Source: a virus (Duplodnaviria > Caudoviricetes). From it: a stretch of DNA of 28,428 nt. Position 1 is the stretch's first letter. Each line of letters begins with the position of its first letter. Where the stretch lies: positions 1 to 28,428 of IMG/VR virus record IMGVR_UViG_3300037479_000623, one strand, 5' to 3'. A program made the translations under genes and the position numbers. The notes below the pieces were generated by a model, which did not search any database, had not been told where the DNA came from, and saw nothing but the letters and a program-made list of their open reading frames with translations. Shown here in pieces: positions 1 through 7,312 of this stretch.

Positions 1-309
1 GTCGGGCATCGGCAGCGAACGATGCCGCCTCTGCAACGGAACCGGCTTGTAGGGGATCGGCTCTGTCGGGTCCGGTTGATGCCCTGCCAGCTGGATGGGT
101 GAAGACGGGGCGTCACTGGGCTCATGTGCAACGAACAACCCCTGCGCGGCTGGCGCTTTGACGTCGTGCAAGACGGGGGGCCGCAAGGACCGACCCGGCT
201 TTGCGCGTCGCATCCTCTGCCGCTCCTCGCGGTCGAGCATCTCGTAGATGCGCCGGGCGGCGAGGTCGATGCTGCCGGGGCGAGGGGGCTGGATCGGCCG
301 GAAGGGCAT
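1..309 (-). CDS. Putative capsid-cargo/effector protein with scaffold-like N-terminal leader (partial, runs off window start)
   Basis: Not in ORF track. Hand translation from ATG at 309 with AGGAG RBS upstream: MPFRPIQPPRPGSIDLAARRIYEMLDREERQRMRR..., open for 103 codons to position 1. Leader nearly identical to that of 20210..21238. Confidence 0.8.
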   Translation of the reverse strand, partial: MPFRPIQPPRPGSIDLAARRIYEMLDREERQRMRRAKPGRSLRPPVLHDVKAPAAQGLFVAHEPSDAPSSPIQLAGHQPDPTEPIPYKPVPLQRRHRSLPMPD

Positions 310-342
310 GGTTCGGACTCCTGTCTTAGTTAGGGGTGACTG

Positions 343-1626
343 CTACACGATGCCGCGGTTGTCGTAGCGGAGCGGCGGCATCTTTTCGTCGCGCGTCTCG
401 CGCAGGCCCATGGCGAGGTAGCGCAGAGCATCGGCGGCGTCGCTCGACCAGTCGTGCAGCGGCCGGTCGTCGAAGCATTTGCGGCGCTCGTCCCACTCGC
501 GCCGGTAGACGCGCAGCGCCTCCAGGCCGGGCCGGCACTTCTCGGCATCGAACCAGCAGCGCGGCAGCAGCTTGCGCACCTCGTTGATGCCGTCCATGCG
601 CTCGTGCTGCGGCAGGACGCGCGGGCGCAGGCCGAGGTTCTGCAGCGTCTCGACCCGCGTCCGGCCGCCGCCCAGCTCCTGCACGCGCGCATCGTGCGGT
701 AGGATGTGATCGCCATAGGCATAGGGCTTCCGCCGCAGGACCTCGGCGTAGTGATCGAGGCCGACGCCGGACGATTCGTAGTAGTCGATCAGCCGCACCT
801 CGCGGCCGACCGGCTGGCAGAACCAGATGGCGGTGGCGTCGTTGACGCCGAGGTCCCAGGCGGTGTGCACGGGAACGCCGGGCTGCCAGGGCACGCGGGC
901 GATGCGGCCCTCGGCCTCGGCCGCGGCGATCAACGGGCCGTAATAGGCGCCGCGGACGGCGGCATCAAAGGAGCACTCGAATTCCTGCGCGTATTCCTCC
1001 TCCGACATCTCGGCGCGGGCGGCGGCCAGCTCGGCGGCATCGATAATGCCGGTCTCGCTGGCGCGATGGAGCCGGGCCAGCCAGGCCGGATCCGCCTTGG
1101 CGCGCTCGTAGAGCTCGTAGAGCGCGTTGCGGCCCATGGGCGTGCCGATGAAGACGGCCCAGCCGCGGCGGTCGGCGAGCGCCGGACGGATCACCTCGCT
1201 CCACACCCGCGGCCGCATCTGCGCGTATTCGTCGAGCACGACGCCGTCGAGATAGAGGCCGCGCAGCGAATCCGGATCGTCGGCGCCGTAGAGCGTGATG
1301 CGGGCGCCATTGCCGAGATCGCAGCGCAGCTCCGTCTCGTGATGGGTCGCGCCCGGCAGGCCGGCGGTGTAGCGCTTGAGGTAGTCCCAGGCGACCGCCT
1401 TGGCCTGGCGGTAGAAGGGCGCGATGTAGGCGAAGCGCGGCGCCTCGAGCTTGCACCAGCCGGCCCGGCGGACGAGCTCGCCGATGGCGAAGACCGTCTT
1501 GCCGAAGCGCCGGTGCGCGACCAGGACGTTGAAGCGCCGGAGGCTGCGGTGCAGCTCCAGCTGATGGGGGCGCGGCTCGTAGCGGCACTTTCGGTTCTCG
1601 TACATGCGTCTTGGCGTCTTGGTCAT
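343..1626 (-). CDS. terL: Phage terminase large subunit (ATPase + RNase H-like nuclease)
   Basis: Walker A HRRFGKT, Walker B VVLDE, GTPMG coupling motif, QEFECSF, nuclease WDLG..D.TAIW, LPHD and HDWSSDAADALRY. Start could be 1605. Confidence 0.95.
   Translation of the reverse strand: MTKTPRRMYENRKCRYEPRPHQLELHRSLRRFNVLVAHRRFGKTVFAIGELVRRAGWCKLEAPRFAYIAPFYRQAKAVAWDYLKRYTAGLPGATHHETELRCDLGNGARITLYGADDPDSLRGLYLDGVVLDEYAQMRPRVWSEVIRPALADRRGWAVFIGTPMGRNALYELYERAKADPAWLARLHRASETGIIDAAELAAARAEMSEEEYAQEFECSFDAAVRGAYYGPLIAAAEAEGRIARVPWQPGVPVHTAWDLGVNDATAIWFCQPVGREVRLIDYYESSGVGLDHYAEVLRRKPYAYGDHILPHDARVQELGGGRTRVETLQNLGLRPRVLPQHERMDGINEVRKLLPRCWFDAEKCRPGLEALRVYRREWDERRKCFDDRPLHDWSSDAADALRYLAMGLRETRDEKMPPLRYDNRGIV
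1463..1538. repeat. Direct repeat copy 1 (terL Walker A region), paired with 3378..3453
   Basis: 72/76 nt identical by manual alignment. Confidence 0.9.
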
Positions 1627-1929
1627 TCCTCATGTCCGTCGAATGGCCCACGTCGCAGCGAGCCGGTATGTCGGCGGCTCAATCTGATGCGACTCGAAGG
1701 GCACAACGGGATTCCCGCCCAGGCCTGAATGGTCCGAGCGCTGGCGTCTACCAACCAATTGGTATGGCTGTATTTTTTCGCGTGGACCCCTGATTTACCC
1801 GTCCCCGCGACCTAATTTTCGTTTGTTGAATTCCTCTTTTTAGGTATATCGGCTCCTTGTTGTCCTCTCCAATGATCCTAATTATCCAAGTATCAACTCC
1901 TGATTTTCCGAACCGCGCCTCAGCCACAA

Positions 1930-3150
1930 ATGTATCTGCGCTTTATCAGTTCGCGGGTTGAAGAGGCGCTGACCGATACGCCCGTCGTACTGGTCAACGG
2001 TCCACGGCGCGCTGGCAAGACCACGCTCGTCCAGCAGATCAAAGATCGCGATCGTTCCTATTTGACACTGGATGATCCGACCACGCTTGCGGCCGCCAAG
2101 GCCGATCCTGTTGGATTCATTCGAGGTCTCAATGCGGCCACGATCGATGAAATACAACGCGTTCCGGATCTCCTCCTGGCAATCAAGCAATCCGTCGACA
2201 ACGATCGTCGGCCGGGCCGCTTCCTATTGACCGGCTCCGCCAACATCCTGACGATTCCGCGGGTCGCCGATAGCCTTGCCGGCCGCATGGAGATCGTTCG
2301 GATGCTGCCGTTGGCCCGAAGCGAAATCGTCGGGCGCCGGCCGACATTTCTGGACGAAGTCTTCAGCGGTCGTGTTCCAGCTCCACGAGACCTGTTGCTC
2401 GGCGACGATCTAATGCGCGCGGTGCTCGCAGGCGGCTATCCCGAGGCCTTGACGCGCCGCTCCGAGCGGCGTCGACAAGATTGGGCTGACGCTTATGTCG
2501 AGGCGGTCGTGACCAGAGATCTCAAGGACATTGCGGTCGTCGAGCGTTTGACGGATTTGCCCAAGTTCATGCGTCTGCTGGCCGAGCACTCCGGGCAGAT
2601 GGCGAATTATTCGGAACTCGGCTGCGGCATCGGCGTCGATTACAAAACAAGCCAGCGATACGTCAGGCTGCTCGAGCAGCTATTCCTCATCACCACGCTC
2701 GCTCCGTGGTACACCAACGCCATCAAGAGAATCGTAAAGTCGCCGAAACTCCATGTCATGGATTCCGGCATCTTGGCCGCGGTTCGCGGCGTGACCTTCT
2801 CCCGATTGAAGACGGACCGCGGGCTACTTGGCAGCCTGCTTGAGACCTTCGTCGTGTCGGAGGTCATGAAGCTATGCACATGGTCAAACGAACGTTGCCG
2901 GCTCCATCATTTTCGTGATCACGCCCAGCACGAGGTCGATTTACTGCTGGAAGACCGTCAGGGACGCATTGTTGGAATTGAGGTCAAAGCGCGCGCCACC
3001 GTCAACCAAAGCGATTTTTCCGGCCTGCACAAAGTTGCTGAGGTCTGCAAGGACCGACTCGTCTTCGGAGTTGTCCTATACGACAGCGACAGGACAGTGC
3101 CGTTTGGCGACCGCCTCTTTGCGGCGCCCATCTCGAGCCTGTGGAGCTGA
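1930..3150 (+). CDS. AAA_14 ATPase with DUF4143 and C-terminal PD-(D/E)xK-like domain
   Basis: GPRRAGKTT Walker A, IDEIQR Walker B, LTGSA, DSLAGR, GGYPE, KSPKLHVMDSG, EVDLLLE...IEVK. Confidence 0.92.
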   Translation: MYLRFISSRVEEALTDTPVVLVNGPRRAGKTTLVQQIKDRDRSYLTLDDPTTLAAAKADPVGFIRGLNAATIDEIQRVPDLLLAIKQSVDNDRRPGRFLLTGSANILTIPRVADSLAGRMEIVRMLPLARSEIVGRRPTFLDEVFSGRVPAPRDLLLGDDLMRAVLAGGYPEALTRRSERRRQDWADAYVEAVVTRDLKDIAVVERLTDLPKFMRLLAEHSGQMANYSELGCGIGVDYKTSQRYVRLLEQLFLITTLAPWYTNAIKRIVKSPKLHVMDSGILAAVRGVTFSRLKTDRGLLGSLLETFVVSEVMKLCTWSNERCRLHHFRDHAQHEVDLLLEDRQGRIVGIEVKARATVNQSDFSGLHKVAEVCKDRLVFGVVLYDSDRTVPFGDRLFAAPISSLWS

Positions 3151-3168
3151 ATCCCGAGGCGGGCGATT

Positions 3169-3268
3169 TTCGTTGCACCTTTCTGAAACAATTTCTGGAC
3201 TTCTGGAATTTCACATACGAATCAGAGTGTTATTTGATTTTCACAGGGGCGATCTTTCGTTTCATGCC
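3169..3268. repeat. ~100-bp imperfect direct repeat copy A with IHF-consensus site at 3220..3232
   Basis: Shares GTTGCA..TGAAAC, GAATCAGAGTGTTATT and GCGATCTTTCGTTTCATGCC blocks with 3568..3666. AATCAGAGTGTTA fits WATCARNNNNTTR. Confidence 0.8.
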
Positions 3269-3298
3269 CGGAGTTCGCCGGCCTGCATGAGGGCAACA

Positions 3299-3502
3299 TC
3301 ATCTGCTATCGGCTGCGTCCCGGGGACATCGCCGGACTTGACCGGCGGTGAGCCCATGCTGTTTTTCAGTCGGGATCGCCCGGCGGATGAGCAGGCCGAT
3401 GGCGAAGACCGTCTTGCCGAAGCGCCGGTGCGCCACCAGGACGTTGAAGCGCCCCAATTGGCTGAAGGTATATTCCCGATTGGACGCCGCTTGATTCCCC
3501 AT
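3299..3502 (-). pseudogene. Truncated 5' fragment of terminase large subunit
   Basis: RFNVLVAHRRFGKTVFAIGLLIRRA matches the terL N-terminus. Homology ends abruptly near 3378. Confidence 0.85.
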
Positions 3503-3567
3503 TTGGACGATGAAGCCTCAGCGGTGAGCGGCAACCGCCACCCGGCGGGGCAGGGGGGCCCGGCGGA

Positions 3568-3666
3568 TTCGTTGCATTTTTTGTGAAACGATTCTTGGAT
3601 ATCAGAAATTCTGCATAAGAATCAGAGTGTTATTGATTTCATAAGCGCGATCTTTCGTTTCATGCC
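3568..3666. repeat. ~100-bp imperfect direct repeat copy B with IHF-consensus site at 3620..3632
   Basis: See copy A. The IHF-like cores are exactly 400 bp apart. Confidence 0.8.
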
Positions 3667-3782
3667 GGGCGCCTCCAAATCGTTTCATGAGACATGCAAC
3701 GACATCTTTCCCAGGACGCCGCAACCCATCCCGGCTACACGGTGTAGAAGCAACCGTCATTGAGGTGAGGTAACTTCGGTTC

Positions 3783-4220
3783 ATGCTCACCCTAAGATCC
3801 GCGACTGCCGATGATGCGCTGCCACTTCTTGATTGGCAGCGGCATGTGGAGACCCGGCGCTATGCACGCGACCCAACCGTCGCTAGCGAAACAGAGCACT
3901 TGGCGTGGTTCGCCAGGAAGCTTGAGAGTCCCGATTGCTTATTCTTTGTCGCTACGGATGGCGACAATCGAGTCGCCTCACTACGCCTCGATCGCCTTGG
4001 TGAAGAATGGGAACTGTCGATCGTCGTCGCGCCTGAGCTTCGTGGGCGAGGTATTGGTAAGCAAGTTCTCCGCCTGTTGATGGCGCACGCGCCTGGACCA
4101 CTTGTAGCCGAAGTTCTGCCTGGAAACGAGCCGTCGCACCGATTGTTCGACGTTTGCGGTTGGCAGCTCGGTGAAGACGGGCGCTATCGCTATTACTGCC
4201 TACCGAAAAAGACGACGTAG
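3783..4220 (+). CDS. GNAT family N-acetyltransferase (RimJ/PseH-like)
   Basis: LRSAT.DD...LLDW, EHLAWF, acetyl-CoA motif ELRGRGIG, N.PS.RLF..CGW. GAGG RBS upstream. Confidence 0.88.
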   Translation: MLTLRSATADDALPLLDWQRHVETRRYARDPTVASETEHLAWFARKLESPDCLFFVATDGDNRVASLRLDRLGEEWELSIVVAPELRGRGIGKQVLRLLMAHAPGPLVAEVLPGNEPSHRLFDVCGWQLGEDGRYRYYCLPKKTT

Positions 4221-5488
4221 ACCCAGGGTCGGTCAACTGTCGCAGTCACTCCATGCAAGGTTGTTCTCACCGGGAACGCACCGGCGGTCTTGCTGCCTGC
4301 GGCGTCCTGTCCGACCAGCGTCTGTTGCGCTGCGTCTGATGGATTCGTGATTGCCATACCCATTGCTGCATAGTTCGTATCTGCAAATGGCGTCGTGAAG
4401 GTGACTACGTACCTGCCCGTTGCTAGTCGTTGCACCGACGCAACGTTATGGCCGTCAATCGGCGAATTGGTGCCTGTGGCAGTTCCATCAAACGTGCACC
4501 ACGCCTTCGGATGCCCCGGATGCAGGTGCTGCCGTGCCGGCGAGGTGAACGCGGCGGTCGAGGTGGCGGCCTCCATTTCGGCTTCGGAGGCGGGGGCGAA
4601 GGCGATGCTGGCGCCGTTGACCTGGACGTCGGCGGCGTTGATCTTGCCGGGGCCGGGATCGCCGCCGGTCGGGTTGCCGACCTTGAGGCCCTGGCCGAGG
4701 GTCATGCGCTCGGCGAGCGCGCCGCTGACGAGGCTGTGGAAGGCGAGCTCGGCGTCCTCGCTGCCGGCGGTCGGGTCGAGTAGGCGGGCAACAAGCTTGG
4801 CGGCCACGTCGGTGCCGCCGCCGGCATCGCGCATCAACCAGCGGAGCGCCATCAGCAGGTCGTTCGCGGCCGGCGTCGGCGAGGCCCGGTCGAGGTCGAT
4901 GGCGGCCTTCTCGTCGGCGGAGGCGTCGGCCGAGCGGAAGACGTGCGCGCCGCTCCAGGTCATGGCCGCCGGCGCCAGGCCGGCCGGCGTCACCGCCTTG
5001 GTCGCGGTGCTGCCGGCTTCGGTCTCGGCCTGAGTCGCCAGGCGGACCGCGCCTGATGTGGCCGTGCCCGCGGGCGGGATCGCGCTGTCGGTCGCGCTGA
5101 GGATGCCGATGGCGATGGCGAGGGACTCGTTCTGCAGCGATCCGGAGTCCCAGGTCACCGTCACCGTCGTGTTGGTGGCAAAAGCCGCCGATGCGATGGT
5201 GCCGTAGATCGTGCCGGTCAGCGGCCCGCTCGCCTTCACGCGCCGGCCGGCATGGTAGACGGCCGTCACGTCGACGCCGTTGATGCTGAACGACGTGGGC
5301 GAGACGTAGGCGGTGGCGAAGGCGCCGTCGCCGTCGCCGTAGATGATCCACTGCGCGTCGTTGTACCACTCGCGAATGTCAGCCTGCACCTGGCGCATGC
5401 CGTCGTTCACCGCGGACGGCGCCATCCCCTCCGGGAAGAGGGCGGTGTTGTTGGCGGGTATCGTTGAATAGTCTTTGATGCCGGACAT
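4193..5488 (-). CDS. Tail fibre / receptor-binding protein
   Basis: N-terminal EGMAPSAVNDGMR anchor, two LAT/AS-x-AE...TPA fibre repeats, C-terminal KAWCTFDG..NVASV....TGRY.VTF..PFADTNY tip domain. TAGGAG RBS. Confidence 0.82.
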   Translation of the reverse strand: MSGIKDYSTIPANNTALFPEGMAPSAVNDGMRQVQADIREWYNDAQWIIYGDGDGAFATAYVSPTSFSINGVDVTAVYHAGRRVKASGPLTGTIYGTIASAAFATNTTVTVTWDSGSLQNESLAIAIGILSATDSAIPPAGTATSGAVRLATQAETEAGSTATKAVTPAGLAPAAMTWSGAHVFRSADASADEKAAIDLDRASPTPAANDLLMALRWLMRDAGGGTDVAAKLVARLLDPTAGSEDAELAFHSLVSGALAERMTLGQGLKVGNPTGGDPGPGKINAADVQVNGASIAFAPASEAEMEAATSTAAFTSPARQHLHPGHPKAWCTFDGTATGTNSPIDGHNVASVQRLATGRYVVTFTTPFADTNYAAMGMAITNPSDAAQQTLVGQDAAGSKTAGAFPVRTTLHGVTATVDRPWVYVVFFGRQ

Positions 5489-5533
5489 TGATGTCTCCTA
5501 AGCCGTAGTTCGGAATCTGAGACACACTTACGG

Positions 5534-5611
5534 CGTCATTCCCGCGAAAGCGGGAATCCAGGACGACTGCTCCGTCGCTTGCCCTGGACCCCCGCTTTCG
5601 CGGGGGCGACG
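5534..5611. repeat. CGTC-type REP-like palindromic dimer
   Basis: CGTCATTCCCGCGAAAGCGGGAATCCA...TGGACCCCCGCTTTCGCGGGGGCGACG: two hairpins in inverted orientation, typical of alphaproteobacterial chromosomal repeats. Confidence 0.85.
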
Positions 5612-5660
5612 GAAATGTGAATTTTGCTGATGAATTCTGCTTTGTGCGGGCGGCGGTTCG

Positions 5661-6575
5661 TCAAAACGCGCTCAGAAGGCCGCCGAGACCGGCACCGAGC
5701 AGCATCCCGAACGGTCCGCCGAAGGACCCCAAGGTGCCCGGAAAGGCCTTTTGGAGACCTTCGCCAATGCCGCCAAAGAGCTGGGCGCCAGTACCCATTC
5801 CGCCGAGGACGCCGGCGCCTGAGGAATAGGGCTGCGTCGTGCTCGTCGTGCCGCCGAAGTTGCCCTGGATGAGGGCCGCGTACTGGCGGAGCTTGTCGGC
5901 GGGCGTCTGCTGCTCGAAGTTCCAGCGCGCGACCTGGTCGTTGATGAGGGCCTGAGCCATGGCGTCGCGCGCGCGGCCGACGGCGTCGAGCTGGGCGATG
6001 TCGGCGTAGTCCTGCTGCGCGTAGGTCGGCGCCGCGTTGAGGGCGTTCAGCATGTGGGCGCGCTCGGCGGCGTAGTTCTGATAGCCGAGGTTGGCGGCGA
6101 GATCGCCGAGCTGCGCCGCCAGGTTCTGTTGCGCCTGCTGATGGGCGGCGAGATGCGCGCCGGAGCCGTAGCGCCCGGCCTGCGAGAAGGCGCTGTCGAT
6201 GCCCGGCGCGACCGCGGTCTGGTAGTTCCGCGTGACGCCGCGCGCCGTCGCGTCGATCGCGCCCTGGAGGTAGGGATTGGCGTTGAGATAGGCGCCGCCC
6301 AAAGTGCGGTCGAGCTCGGCGCCGCCGGCAGCGGTCAGCGGCGAGCCGCTCCGGGCGCGCGCCGCCTGCGCCTGCAGCGCCATCTCGCGCTCGGGCGAGA
6401 AGCCGGCGACCGTCTGACCCGGATAGTAGAGCGGGCCCGGCTGTTGATAGAGCCGGTGCGCCTCGGGGAAGATGCCGGCGATGCCCTTCTTCGGATCGCC
6501 GATCAGATAGGGGATCTGCTGCGACCACGGCTCCGACTTCTGAACCGTCGTCTGGGTGTCGCTGGGACCGGACAT
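5661..6575 (-). CDS. Internal virion / DNA ejection (pilot) protein
   Basis: True start at MSGPSDTQTTVQKSEPWSQQIPYL with AAGGAG RBS. NPYL, AGRYGSG and Gly-rich hydrophobic C-terminus. Position after tail hub genes. Confidence 0.72.
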   Translation of the reverse strand: MSGPSDTQTTVQKSEPWSQQIPYLIGDPKKGIAGIFPEAHRLYQQPGPLYYPGQTVAGFSPEREMALQAQAARARSGSPLTAAGGAELDRTLGGAYLNANPYLQGAIDATARGVTRNYQTAVAPGIDSAFSQAGRYGSGAHLAAHQQAQQNLAAQLGDLAANLGYQNYAAERAHMLNALNAAPTYAQQDYADIAQLDAVGRARDAMAQALINDQVARWNFEQQTPADKLRQYAALIQGNFGGTTSTTQPYSSGAGVLGGMGTGAQLFGGIGEGLQKAFPGTLGSFGGPFGMLLGAGLGGLLSAF

Positions 6576-6577
6576 GA

Positions 6578-6988
6578 TCAAATCTCCTTTTCGCAAAAGA
6601 CATGCGTGGTGGCGTAGCCGTGCCGCGCCAGGATGCGCGACCAGCCGGGGCGGGCGATGAGCTCCATGGCGGCGCAGCCCTGCGCCCTGGCCCAGGCCTC
6701 GATGACGGCGATGTAGCCCTGCCAGGCGCGGCGTCCGCGACCCGTGCAGATGCGGATGCGGCAGCACTTCTTGCGCGGATGGCAGACGATCTGCGTGACC
6801 GCCAGCGCGGCGACGGCGCCGTCCCAGGCCAGCCACAGCTGCAGGTCGCGCGCCTTGAGGGCGCCGCGGATGTCGTCCGGCGCGTCCTTGTCGCGCCCGC
6901 GGCGGCAGGCGGCGGCGATCAGCGGCTCGACCAGCGGCCAGACGGAATCGATCTCGGCCGCGGGAACGCCGACGAGTCGCGGCGTCAT
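6578..6988 (-). CDS. Conserved phage protein, GNAT-like fold (P22 gp14/T7 gp13 position)
   Basis: QLWLAW, WARAQGC..MELIARPGWSRIL..GY. Lies between tail hub and ejection protein. Confidence 0.65.
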   Translation of the reverse strand: MTPRLVGVPAAEIDSVWPLVEPLIAAACRRGRDKDAPDDIRGALKARDLQLWLAWDGAVAALAVTQIVCHPRKKCCRIRICTGRGRRAWQGYIAVIEAWARAQGCAAMELIARPGWSRILARHGYATTHVFCEKEI

Positions 6989-6991
6989 GCG

Positions 6992-7312
6992 TCAGCCGAG
7001 GATGACGTAGTCGAAGGCGCGATCGGTCTGCGCGTTGTCGGCATGGACAAGCGTGAACGCGCCCTTGTCGCGGGCCGACACGTAGATCGTGCCGTTGCCG
7101 ATCTCCGCCGCCGCGTTGGCGCTGACCGGCATGAGCAGGATGACGCTGGTTGCGGTCGCCCGCGGATCGATGACGACGGTGCTCGCGGCGTCGGGCGTCA
7201 GCGTGACCGATCCGGTGCAGTTGAGCTTGCCCTGCGCCAGGCGATTGACGACCGCTGCCACCTGCCGCGGATCGCCGCCGGCGACCGGAAGAGCCGGAAA
7301 GCCCGCGCTCAT
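6992..7312 (-). CDS. Small tail protein (106 aa)
   Basis: ATGA overlap with upstream stop. GKLNCTGSVTL ... FTLVHA..AQTDRAFDYVILG. Confidence 0.7.
   Translation of the reverse strand: MSAGFPALPVAGGDPRQVAAVVNRLAQGKLNCTGSVTLTPDAASTVVIDPRATATSVILLMPVSANAAAEIGNGTIYVSARDKGAFTLVHADNAQTDRAFDYVILG

Noticed and set aside
1463-3453. terL repeat as a DGR template/variable repeat pair
   Set aside because: No reverse transcriptase in the window, mismatches are not consistently adenine-specific, and the target is a conserved Walker A region rather than a C-terminal variable region.
3169-3700. CRISPR array or parS site
   Set aside because: Only two long imperfect copies, no regular spacers and no cas genes. 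The GTTTCA boxes do not form the 16-bp parS palindrome.
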